Below are positions 39,111 to 50,959 of a DNA stretch of 64,000 nt, one piece after another. Under the pieces are notes generated by a model. The model was not told the DNA's origin, made no database searches, and was given only the letters and a program-made list of their open reading frames with translations. This DNA comes from Bispira polyomma. Lineage: Eukaryota. Within the stretch, counting starts at the first letter, position 1, and the number at the start of each line of letters is the position of its first letter. The stretch is taken from contig OZ287756.1 of NCBI GenBank assembly GCA_965649765.1, positions 30,566,001 to 30,630,000 of the forward strand. Direction: 5' to 3'. A program made the position numbers and the translations under genes.

Positions 39111-42100
39111 AAAAGAAATAAAAGGTAGGTGTGTTTTCACAGGGTTCACACAACTTCGGTGGTTGTTACAAACATTTTTCTAACCAACACACTACTAGTA
39201 AGATTCATATATATATGCAATTAAGTGATACACAGTTAATCATTTCATAATTTTACTAACGCCAATATCTTTAACTAATTATTTGGAAATCGGTTTAGCA
39301 GCATTTATTCTTAATTTTGAGTGGCCTATAGGTCCATGATGCCAGCCGTGCATCTCTTTTGAACTTAAGGAGTTACTACTGTCACTCATATCTCAAAGAG
39401 TGCTAGTGCTATTTTCTTCAATTCCTGGTCGATAGTTTTCGGGGATTGAAAAGGTTAATGACGAGATTTTTAGATGTGATATTTCACTTTAACCCATACT
39501 TTAATTTGAACACCTCTGATAATTAAGCCCCATTCTGATCAGAAGATTGAAAATCAAAGGAAAGTAATTTTGCTTCTATTTCAAGCTATGGTTTAATCTA
39601 AGCAATTAGCAATTTTTATACACTCGTTTTCCCCCAGTATATAATGCAAGGCAGAAAGCACAAGTACACATCTCATTAAGATGCCTTACATTTGCTTCAG
39701 TAGATCTGTGGATGTGACCAGCATATTTACAGTAGTGCTCAGATGTTTAGTCAGTGTATACAATGTGTTGTCTCGTTGGATACAGTCTAATGGTATAGAA
39801 CACTCCTATATATTATGAGAATCCATAATTGTTTTTTTATTTGATGTCTGCAAGCTGGCTCCATGGGATGTTTCAGTTTATGTTTTCAAATCCCCCCTGT
39901 GTTCACTAGACAGACACCATATGCATTAAATGCAGCCAAAAACAAGAGTTGCCTTTTTGAAAAAGTCACAGGAGCACAGTATGAAATACACTAATGTTGA
40001 TATGGCCACTATATACTCAGGCAGGCTGTGTCTGATAACAATAAATCTAGCCCCCCTCAGTTTGCCCGGGTTGATTGTTTTCAACTAATCCATAAAGGCC
40101 TTACATATTTTTTGAGGTGGCGGTGCCCTTAATCAGGCCATGTCTGATAAAAATTCATAGCCATAAACTTTAAGAGAATGCCCTGCTCTTTCAGGCAGGT
40201 ACAACATCTTACATTAGAGGGCCGTGACAACCTCGATAACAGAGCTAAATGATCATCCCCAAGGATTTTCTGCCTTCAGTTAATTAGATGTGATTAAATG
40301 GTGTTAGTGGTATTTGAACAGTCCCCAAAGAAAATGCTAGCTATGTAACTTTGGGTCACACAAGTGATTATATACATATAAAATTAAAGGTATAAAGTGT
40401 TTCTATGTTACAAAACCTGCTGTTAGCATAAATGTCATACTATGTCATATATATGCTATGCACAGATTTTAAAATTCTACATTAAGTAGGAATGGTGATT
40501 TTATGTACATACAATTTCCAACACTTGCCCTCCTTGATTATCAATAACACTAGTTAATTATTTGATATGGTGTAGTAAAAAAATTATCCTTGTGCAGCGA
40601 TAAATCTACTTTGCCACCATGATCATTAATTATGAGTTTACATTTACTACAGACATATCCAAACAACTATTTCTCGCCCAGCAAATCATATGTTGCAGTG
40701 ACATATAGAAGTCCATAGGAACTAGAAATTCTCTATAATTTGTATTTTTGAAAAAAAGAACTGTTGTGTTACTTGATGTAGAAGGCAGATTCTTTTGCAG
40801 TAGGATATATTTGCGTCCTCTCACACTACAGTTGGGGTTTTGATTACAAGCCACAGTATGTATGTTAGAAAGTTTGGCAGCAGACTTGGTGAATGTCGAT
40901 GGTTTGTAAAGCAGGAAGTATTGACCCAACTACACTGTTACTGCTATCGTCCACCAATAAACTACTGGTTGCAATAGATAATGTAAATTTAAACAGTTTT
41001 TTAAAATATGTGACAAAAAGGCCAGTGTGTTTTTCTGATATATTACACAGGGCTCTATTAAGCTTTGATGATTGTTACACAGATCAGATTTCTTCAGGCA
41101 ATATCATACAATGCGAGAATTATATATGTATAGTGATACCCAGTCATTTTCTCATTATTCCACTGACATTAATATCTTAAATTAATCATTTGATCTTATG
41201 TTGGTGGAGATTATTCATCATTATGATTGGACTATAGATCCGTAATAAAAAATGTGGATCTCTTTTGATGTTGAAGAGTAACTTATACCATTCCTATTTC
41301 AGAGAGTGTTGTGATACTTTACAGGACAATGACTTATGACCACAAATTCTTTGAAATTGACACCTATTTGTTCTTTTGAGCTCATCAAAGATGAAACAAA
41401 ATCCACAGACATCATAGAAAATGAGCATGTTATATTTTCTCTTACTTATATTTATGTACAAAATTATAAACAACCTATTTGTTTACAATGAGGGACTTTC
41501 TGTTTCCTCGGTAAAACCTACCAACAGGGCTGGGTCTTAAGCTTAGTTAATTGATGCCGTCATATGATGAAAACTTTAAACATATCTCGTTAAACTTGTT
41601 TGCCAACCTTCATTCCCTCCCTGTACACCCCCCATTTTTCCTTATGACCTTGACTATGATTTGGACTTCTCTGTTGGTAAATGGATTCTGATGTTGTGTT
41701 TTATAAGAAGTGTTAAAACATAAAATATAAATTCAAAAATAGAGTAACAATTTCTGATGAAGAGTCAGTTATTTCGATTGCCACTGCTTAACAATAGAAA
41801 CTGGATCAGAATCAATAACGTTTAACTTATCAAAATACGTATCAAAATAGAATAGAATTATCAAACATACCAAAACATATCAAAATAAAATAGAATTGGC
41901 AAAAAACATGCGCAATGTCTTACAAAGATCGCCACTTGTTTTAACATTGTCATGTACTTTTCTTAATATTGTCTACCTGTGGTCTCATTGATGTCCCTTC
42001 TGTGTCTCCTGGGTGTAGTTCCACTTATGGAAGAGCAGAAGAAACCTTGATAACAGAGCTAACGGTCTTAGACAAGGTTCAACTTCTGTGCCACAACAAT

Positions 42101-43092
42101 TCTTTGAGGCAGCCATATAAGGACAATCACTTAATTATCTCTATTTTGACATTTAAATTCACCTCACTGTCATTTTTATGGTGTGTCATTGTCTTTGGGT
42201 GTCTTCTATTGTGTATAAACCAACATATGTAAGTGATAGTAAGCGACAAGCGGTAAACCTAAAAGAGACAACAAAGCGACAATGTTGTACCAAAATCACC
42301 ATGTGTCATACCGTTGTCCTGTCTTTGTCTCAATACTGTCTCATTGTGGTCTCATGGATGTCCCATCCGTGTCTCCTGGGTGTTGTCATACTGATTCAAC
42401 AATGGTGTTGGAAGGTCAATCGACTGCACAATGATCAATGGAGACAATCACCCAGAAGCCATTGCAACATTATGGTTTTGTTGCTATGTGGGACACCAGC
42501 TGTACACTAAACTAAATGACCCAAGGTGTTCTTGAAAACAGAGCTAATGGTCACAGTCAAGGTATTATGTCTTCACTTAATCGGCATGCGATTAAATGGT
42601 GTTAGTTGTGTTTGTAAAAAGCAAAAAGGTTGCTAGCAATATCACTTTTGGTCACATATGTGACAGTATAAATGCATTATAAGTATAAGGGTATAAAGTG
42701 TTTCTACTAACCTCTATGTTAAAACTGGTGTTTGTATATGTCATAACATGCCTTTTATGCTATGCAATAGTATTCTAAAGTTTTAAATTTACTTACTTGC
42801 GCTAAATTAATACTCAGTCTAATATGTAGCTCTTCCAGTAATCCCCTATAATTAAGTTCATCATTTAGTATGGTAGAGTACACAAATTATCCTTGTGGTG
42901 AAAGAAATTTAATTACTGCAAGTATTTGCCAGTCATTCTCATTATGGATGTATTTGCATGACCTGTTTGCTTTTAGCAACAAACGTGAGATATGTTTGGA
43001 TCATATTTCAAGAACATACAAGTCTGGGCAATTTCAATAATTTGTACTTCAGTATTACTTTTGTATTACTTGATGAACACGTGCATATACAC

Positions 43093-43095
<3 letters not shown>

Positions 43096-43133
<38 letters not shown>
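43096..43133. repeat. (TA)n microsatellite
   Basis: TA run. Confidence 0.95.
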
Positions 43134-43141
<8 letters not shown>

Positions 43142-44440
43142 CACTATGATAAAATAATAACTACACCAAATAATTGATATTCTCTGAGAAACACAACCAA
43201 ATATTCCACGGTATAACGCTTTGTTCACTCTCTCCATGTAAAGCTAACCATTGCAGCAGTTAATGTTTCCCCATAAAAGACCCTTTTCTGCAATGGCAGA
43301 TTCTTCGTCAGTACTTTATACCTTGGTGGTAAAGCAATCTTGCCTGCCACCTGTGTAATCCTCGGCCACAGCATGCGTGTGGTAAAAGCTAGCCGCCGCC
43401 TTGTTGACGGTAGATGGATTGCAGTCCACAAAACCTTAACCAATTATCCTGTTTTCTACTTTCTTGCACTAATGTACTGCCCATTTAAATATATTACAGA
43501 GTTCTGTATGACAGTTGCATTTAACTGAAAATTTATACTTTTTGACACACCTCCTTTCAAGTAACTTAACACAAAGATCTTCTCAAAACTTTAGATGAAT
43601 ATTGTCGACTGGATCATACTACAATACATATGAACCAGACGTACTTTTTGCAAATGTATGTTATTATATAAGGCATTATCCAAAGTGCAACAACAGAATC
43701 AGTTAACCAATAGAGAAGTCCAAAAACATAGCTAAGGTCATAAGGAAGGGTATGTGGGTGTACATGGAGGGAACTAAGTGGAGTAGGTGAGTTTAAAGGG
43801 ATTAGGTTTGATAGGGATAAGTTTTTCTATAACCAAAAAATGTTTCAAGTACTCTAAGCTTAATATGGAGACTACTGAATAACGTAGGGGGCAGCAATAG
43901 AGAAAGTTGTAGGTTCAGCCCTCTTGGTTGGTTTGACAGATATTAACAGCTTTGAAAGTAGTTACATGTATTTTAAACACAATACAATAATGAATGGGTA
44001 GCCAATGTAGTTTTTTTATGTATGGAGAGACATCAGTATGGATCCCCAGTCGAAAAATGACTTAACACAGATAGTTTGGAATATGTTATGAGGTTTTTTA
44101 AGTCAGTGTATAAAAATTGGTCACCAGAAGACTATGTGCTTACAATAATTTACAGAACTATTCTCCAAACAAATCCATTTCTTTGATTTCCCCAAAGGCC
44201 AAGTGTTTCTGGCTAAAAAGGCATTTGACTTCTTCACCATAGATGTAATGTGACAAGTCAGAGAACTTAGAGGGTTAATTATCATCTACTTGATTGAGTT
44301 GTTTAAACTTTGAGCCTCATTAGTTTGTGATTATTATTTAAACTATGGTGGTTATGTTTGTTGTCTCCGTTTGTTAGCAGGCTTACACGCAAATACTACT
44401 AAACCAATTTTGACCAAACTTTGTGCAAGGCTAGATCAAT

Positions 44441-44661
44441 GTGTCAAGCACGTCTACTTCAGGGGACTGCTATCTCAGTCCACGTTAATTATATCACTTG
44501 ACCTTAAAAAAAATTTAGGTATAGCTATCCTCAGTGCATTCTATCATAACTACAAGGGCCAATCAAATTCCTTAATTAATTAGCTATTCCCGGTTTTTCT
44601 GGGGCTACGCCTCCATATTGAAATTCGACATTGAAGAAATAACAACCAAAAATATTTTAAC
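44441..44661 (+). repeat. Split direct repeat A1 (copy A2 at 49581-49801)
   Basis: 221-bp near-identical repeat containing ccaatcaaattc, a CCAAT motif also kept in the 18-19 kb relative. Confidence 0.95.
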
Positions 44662-44771
44662 TTCCATGGAGAGTTATATGAACTTGGTTTTTAGTTTATG
44701 GTTTTAAAAGTTATATTTTAGCCTGTTTTATACTATAAGGAAGGTGCTATTGGATTTGTGTGAAAATTGAA

Positions 44772-45990
44772 ATGGGTAGAACTAAAAAGACTCCCGTTCA
44801 GCCAAAGAAACCAGCGAGCCATAAAACAAAGGTGTCAAAACCTACCACTGGGACAGATGAACTACAGGTAACTAACAATATTGTTCGCAATCTTCATAGT
44901 CACCTTAATGAAGTAGAGGAACCTATAACTCGCCCGTCGAGTGCTGACTCATTCCAGGTAGATTCACAATTCATACACCCTCCGGCTACATCCCACGCAG
45001 GGGCTGATCCTCCCAACGAGATGTTGGCAATTCTAAGACGATTAGAGCCCAGGCTGGAGAAAGTAGAAGCAAAAACGGCCTCGGGCAGTAACTCGGGTAC
45101 CTGCACTAGTCAAACCACGAACAGTGCTTCTGTTCTCGGACGGGCCAGTAATATTGCTACCAGTTTACCACTGCCCAGATACACTCCCCCGTCAGACGTC
45201 GGGTTCAGGGACGGTCGGGGATTTCCGCAGCCACAACTGGGGCCTACACCACACAAGTATAACAGGGATGGAATTGTTCCCAACTTAGACACTCTACGCT
45301 CTATGCCTGATGTTCAGTCAGCAGTGACACGGCAGCTGGCTAGCTACGAATCTCTAGCTCAGAGAGAACTATCTCAAGGTAAGACCGCCCAGAGAGTTAA
45401 GTCTGGCAGATTTAATTCTACCGATGTTGCCACAGTCGACCTTAGGTATCGTTGGCCGAACGAGGGCTGCTTAGCAACCAACATCTCCACTTCTGCGCGC
45501 AAATGCCCTGCCTATGACGATCTGTCACACCCACAATGGGCAGCAGGCCAAATATCCAAGGCTCTGCTGGTTGCAGACAATACAGCAATGAGGGATATGA
45601 TGACCCAGATTGTTTTTGCATTGCGAGACGCTTCGTCGCTTCCATGGCCGGTAGTGAGGACCGCATGGGCCTCTAATATGCATGAAGTCGAGGAGGGGTG
45701 GTAACGTGGCAGGATCACACGCAATGGGCGCTGAATCGGATGAGTGCGTCCCAATTGGCCATGGTTAACAATCACCATCAAGGTACCTCTCAGACCAATG
45801 AACACAGGACAATATGTAAGCTCTTTAACAACGGTAAATGTAGTCACAAAAATGACCATGGAAACTACAAACATCAATGTTGGTACTGTTCCAAAGTCCT
45901 AGGAAAAGAATCTAACCACCCTGAATTTAAATGTTTCAAGGCAAATTCCAGCAAGCAATCTGATAACCAAAATGTAAAAAATAGTTTGGA
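44772..45990 (+). pseudogene. Gag-like ORF, frameshifted at ~45700
   Basis: Basic N-terminus, short coiled coil (LAILRRLEPRLEKVE), WP..YDDLS..QW core, C-terminal Cys/His finger CKLFNNGKC..H..H.C..C..H..C. End approximate. Confidence 0.8.
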
Positions 45991-46874
45991 ATTGTTGATT
46001 CGACAGCCAGTTAAGCAATATGGAACATTGAAAGATACTGTAAATACTGGAGTTAATGAGAACTATGAAAGTGCAAATATGGTTAATGACAAATATAGCC
46101 ATAGTAACAGAACTGAGGTATCATTTAGGGAAGCCAATGTAAGAGGAAATTATATTCATAAAACTAATGTCATGTCAAATGTATTATGTGAGAACATTTC
46201 AGGAAGCACGTATGGTGAGGTTGGAGCTGTCCAAAGTCAGCAGCAATTGCTTACACATACCAGGGGACAAGGAATGGTCAAGTTGACCACAGGGGAGTGT
46301 AGCTCGACCACCTGTGTACAAATAAAAGATTGTAAGAATAAAAATCATACAGTCCACATTCAGAGTGGCAGTCATGAATGGGGACCAATAAAGGTAAAAC
46401 TTAATGTAACCAATTGGTATTTATTTTGTTTGACCACATCAAAAAGCTTGCCAGTACTTTACATTGGGGGCCCTAAAAATTTTAAAAACGGCTTTTATTA
46501 CAGCCAGACTGATGAAGTGACAGGACAAGAAAGCTACACTCCCTTTGAATTTGAACCTAACGGTATGTTATCTGTTATTAATTCTTTTGAAATCTGGGTC
46601 AACAGAGTTAACGACCTGGCATATGTAAAATTTGATGAAATCACATGTAAGTCAGTGCAACAACAGAAACAAGCCAGTAATGCTTTCCACTACTACAAGA
46701 AAGATATGGAGTATTTAAAGTCTAGTGGTAAAAACTATACTGAGCATCTAGAAGATTTAATTGATAATTTAATTGGATGCTGTGAAGGTAAAAATACAGA
46801 TTATTACGTTACAAATGTAGTTGTGAGACAACTCGGTACAGACTGAAGATAGTAGTGTAAAACCTACTAAGAGC

Positions 46875-48677
46875 ATGGTAAGTTATTGCGATGGAAAATA
46901 TACTCACCCTGCGTCGTCCGAATTCTTCTCCCAAATGACATATATGCTTAAGGTTAGTGAACCTCTGAACAGAAGTATCACAGACATACATGACAAAAAT
47001 AAGACTGTAGGGTTCCTTGCTTTATCAGACACTGACTTCAAATTTCAAGGTCCAGATAGGCAACCAGTATATATTAGAACAGTAGAAGACATGATTGCAA
47101 TTGCACAAGTAATTAAGCAGACAGGAGTATCAAATTACAAACAAGCCAGAATACCATTGAGTTCTGGCTTAAATACACAAGCTTGGTAATATATGCTACA
47201 GGATGACAAGTTACTACTTCAACACATCACATTTGGTTTCCCTCTATGCTTAAGAACACCTGATAGGTTAGGCAATGTTAAGATCAAAAATCATTACTCT
47301 GCTTTGCAGTATCCCTATGAGGTGGGTGAATATCTTAAGAAAGAAAGTGATTTAGGTGCTATGTTAGGGCCAGTTAAGGAGGTTAAAACTCCAGACTACC
47401 ATTGTTCTCCACTTCTTACAAGACCCAAAGATACTGATAAACGTCGAGTGATTTTGAACCTGTCTCATCCGTATGGCGATTCGCTGAATGACAATGTTAA
47501 TAGGCATCAATTTGATGGTGTGGCATTCGCATTAAAGTTCCCCACAATTGATGATATAACACAAGCCATACGTGACACTGAGAACGCCACTTTATTCAAA
47601 ATTGACGTGGCCAGGGCGTTTAGGAATCTACGAGTTGACCCTGTGGATGCAATTAAGCTAGGAATCTCTTGGCAGGGCAAATATTACGTGGACCCTGCCC
47701 TGCGTTCGGGTGGGTTCATGGCAGCACTGCGTTTCAGCGTTGCACAGACGCAATAACGGCTCACATGTGTAAACAGGGCTTTAAAGTATTCGGATACATT
47801 GACGACTACGTTTGCGTTGCGCCAGAAGGAACAGCCAACGAGGGCTTCAACAAACTCTACACATTGCTTAAAAAGCTGGGTCTTCCAATGAACCAAGACA
47901 AATTGACTCCCCCTACTACTAAACTTACATGCCTTGGCATTGATTTTGACATCATTAAGGGCATTATAAGTATCCAACCAAAAAAGCTTAAGGAAGTGTG
48001 TGATGTTTGCGTAGAAGTCTTGCTCAAACAATATATATCTAAAAATAAGTTTCAATCACTTCTAGGAAAGCTTTTATACATTCACAAATGTGTGACACCT
48101 GCACGCATCTTCATTAATAGATTACTCGATGCTTTTAGAGCTGGGCATGCCAACAAGCGCTTTAAAGTTACTAATGAAATGAAATATGACCTGGAATGGT
48201 TTATAAAATTTTTAGAAAAATACAATGGTGTTAATTTTATTAATCAGATTAGTATACCATATGCAGACGAGCTGCATCTGGACGCTTGCCTCACAGGATT
48301 TGGGGGCGTTTGGAACCGAGAAGTATATGCCACCCCATTTCATGACTTATTCGATGGAAAATTAACAATTGTACATCTCGAGATGCTGAACATAGTGATT
48401 GCGCTACGCGTATGGGCAGAGAAGTGGAGACATGGTAGTCTTATGATCAACTGTGACAACATGGCTGTGGGTCTGGTTGTTGAATCACACAAAACCAGAG
48501 ATAGTTTCTTAGCATTGTGTTTGAGAAATATCTGGTTACTAATAGCTACTTATGATATTTCTTTACAAATTAGACATATACCTGGTAAGAAAAATGTTAT
48601 TGCAGATGCTCTGTCTAGACTATATTGAGTGGAAACAAATACCAATTGAATATTTCAACCTGGATTTGTCAATATAA
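46875..48677 (+). pseudogene. Reverse transcriptase-RNase H (internal stop at ~47187, frameshift at ~47700, deletion after ADALSRLY)
   Basis: SPLLTRPK, RRVILNLS, FKIDVARAFRNL, FGW..G, YIDD; RNase H motifs DACLTG, HLEMLN, CDN, NVIADALSR. The natural tail WKQIPIEYFNLDLSI* ends at 48677. Confidence 0.92.
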
Positions 48678-48682
48678 TTTCA

Positions 48683-49371
48683 GGTTTCACATACATCAGC
48701 CAAATCCTGATGTCTTCAGCCAGTGCTAGGATTGACTTAGTTTTGAGACCAAAGACAACGACAGCCTATAATGCTCAATTTAGAACTTTCTTAGCCTTCC
48801 TACAATTTACAGGTATTACAACTGTGAACGTACATGCAGTGATTGCATTCCTGGAATACCTGGTGCAAAACCGGTTATCTTTTGATCCAACAAGGCACTT
48901 TATTAGGCAGGATGTCATTTTTGGCCACCCAGGTGCCCACATGATTCTAAAATGGGCTAAGAATTTGCAAAATAGAACTGATACTCACATCATACAGATC
49001 CCAGTGCTAGATAATTCACACATCTGCCCAGTTATAGCTCTCAAGAAACTGCTTTTGTCTAGACAACTTTTGGACAAGGCACCACTGTTTGCTTCAAAAA
49101 CTACACCATATCACCCAATTATCGACTCACATGTAAGATCAGCTTTACAAACAGTTTTACAACATATTGGCATTTAATATAGCTCACATGGGTTTCATGC
49201 CTTTAGAAGGTCGGGGCCTCTTTTGTATTTAATAAGAACGTTTCTCTACAGAACATTATGGCCCATGGCCTTTGGAGGTCCTCAGCAGTGTGGACATATC
49301 TACAGAATACATCTCAGGCAGCATCAGTGGTCCCTTTGACTTTTGCCTCTGCCATCTCACACTCTACTTAG
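48683..49371 (+). pseudogene. Tyrosine recombinase, internally deleted and frameshifted
   Basis: N-terminal T..Y..F..FL..FLEYL, then LKWAK, CPV.AL, HAFRRSG (HxxR), HGLWRS and VWTYL (catalytic Tyr). The first catalytic Arg box is missing (jump at VQN-RLSFDPTRH); stop at 49175. Confidence 0.88.
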
Positions 49372-50757
49372 GTTTGGCTTGGGGCTTTAAAATTTGTCAT
49401 GTTTAAAAAATGTTAAGCATTATTTTATCTGTAACTTCATGTACATAGAATACTAACATGTAAAAATAAAACCTCAAAGTGAAATCTTTTATTACCTCTT
49501 ACTTTCAAACTTCAACATAACCATAACATGACCTTACTTGGATAACTTTGACCTTTATCTCAACTTTTCTAACGGGGACTGTGTCAAGCACGTCTACTTC
49601 AGGGGACTGCTATCTCAGTCCACGTTAATTATATCACTTGACCTTAAAAAAAATTTAGGTATAGCTATCCTCAGTGCATTCTGTCATAACTACAAGGGCC
49701 AATCAAATTCCTTAATTAATTAGCTATTCCCGGTTTTTCTGGGGCTACACCTCCATATTGAAATTCGACATTGAAGAAACAACAACCAAAAATATTTTAA
49801 CACCCACCACCTCCCCTAATACCACAGCTGGGGCTACGTTAACTAGAGGGCCAATTGGCACTCTTTTGGCATATTGGAAATGAATCCAAATACAATGGTT
49901 AAAGCTGTTCATGTTAAGTGTAATTACTAAAAGGAAACCAGTTTTATGTATTAATTGCTTAGGGAGTCATCTTGGCTTAATACAAAAAGGGTCACTGTAA
50001 TGCTCCTCTGGCTGTGTGGAATGAGGATTCTGCCTTCTTATACTTTCCTCTGAGTTCATGTCTAGGGTTCCAGAGTAGAATAGAAGCTCTAAGAGGTTTA
50101 ACTCTCGTCTGCTAGGCGATTCGGTGTCCAAAGCCAGGGGGTTGCTTAATGCAGCTGTTTTGATCGACTAAGTCAAAGAATTTAAATTGAGGCATGGTTT
50201 CTGATATTAAAAAGAAAAAGAAAAAAAAACAACAAACTTTTGACAATCTATGTTCGTATAAAGTCAGTTAAGTAAACTGTGGAAAAATGGAAAGTTCTGT
50301 CATATAATTGATTGGGACATATGTGTATAACCTTGTTATAAATTACAAACGTGTGACTGGAACCAGCAGAGTTAAGGGTTTCATTATAGAGACATTTATG
50401 GCCTAATTATAGGCACTAAATGGTATAACATGAGACCTGGTAAATGTAACCAAAACCACCGTTTGTGGGTGGTTTATGATCTATAGGGAGCTGCTACCCC
50501 AAAAGTATTGTTATCACACATAGCACTTTGTTCAATTGATAAAGAGAATTATTGATATTTTAGTATGTAACGTTTTGTTATGATATATATATTTTACATC
50601 ATTGTCAGAATTATATTGATGTACATAATGAGGTGTTGATGCAAGTTATTTGCTAAAACTTTATTATTTATAATAATATGCTCTTTTAAGATGCTATGGT
50701 TTATTATGGCTAGTCCTGTTTTGGCTAGTCCTTTTTATGATTGTTATGGAGGCCTGA

Positions 50758-50959
50758 TTGGGGCTTTAAAATTTGTCATGTTTAAAAAATTTTAAGCATT
50801 ATTTTATCTGTAACTTCATGTACATAGAATACTAACATGTAAAAATAAAACCTCAAAGTGAAATCTTTTATTACCTCTTACTTTCAAACTTCAACATAAC
50901 CATAACATGACCTTACTTGGATAACTTTGACCTTTATCTCAACTTTTCTAACGGGGACT
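50758..50959 (+). repeat. Split direct repeat B2 (copy B1 at 49379-49580)
   Basis: 202-bp repeat, one mismatch. Confidence 0.95.

Larger units (their letters stand above)
36740..43520 (+). repeat. Segmental duplication family B, copy 2 plus partial copy 3
   Basis: See copy 1. 41761 matches 32100; 42536-43250 matches 32925-33580 and 35000-35600. Confidence 0.85.

Noticed and set aside
42958-43237. ORFs with YIYIYI runs
   Set aside because: Translation of a (TA)n microsatellite.
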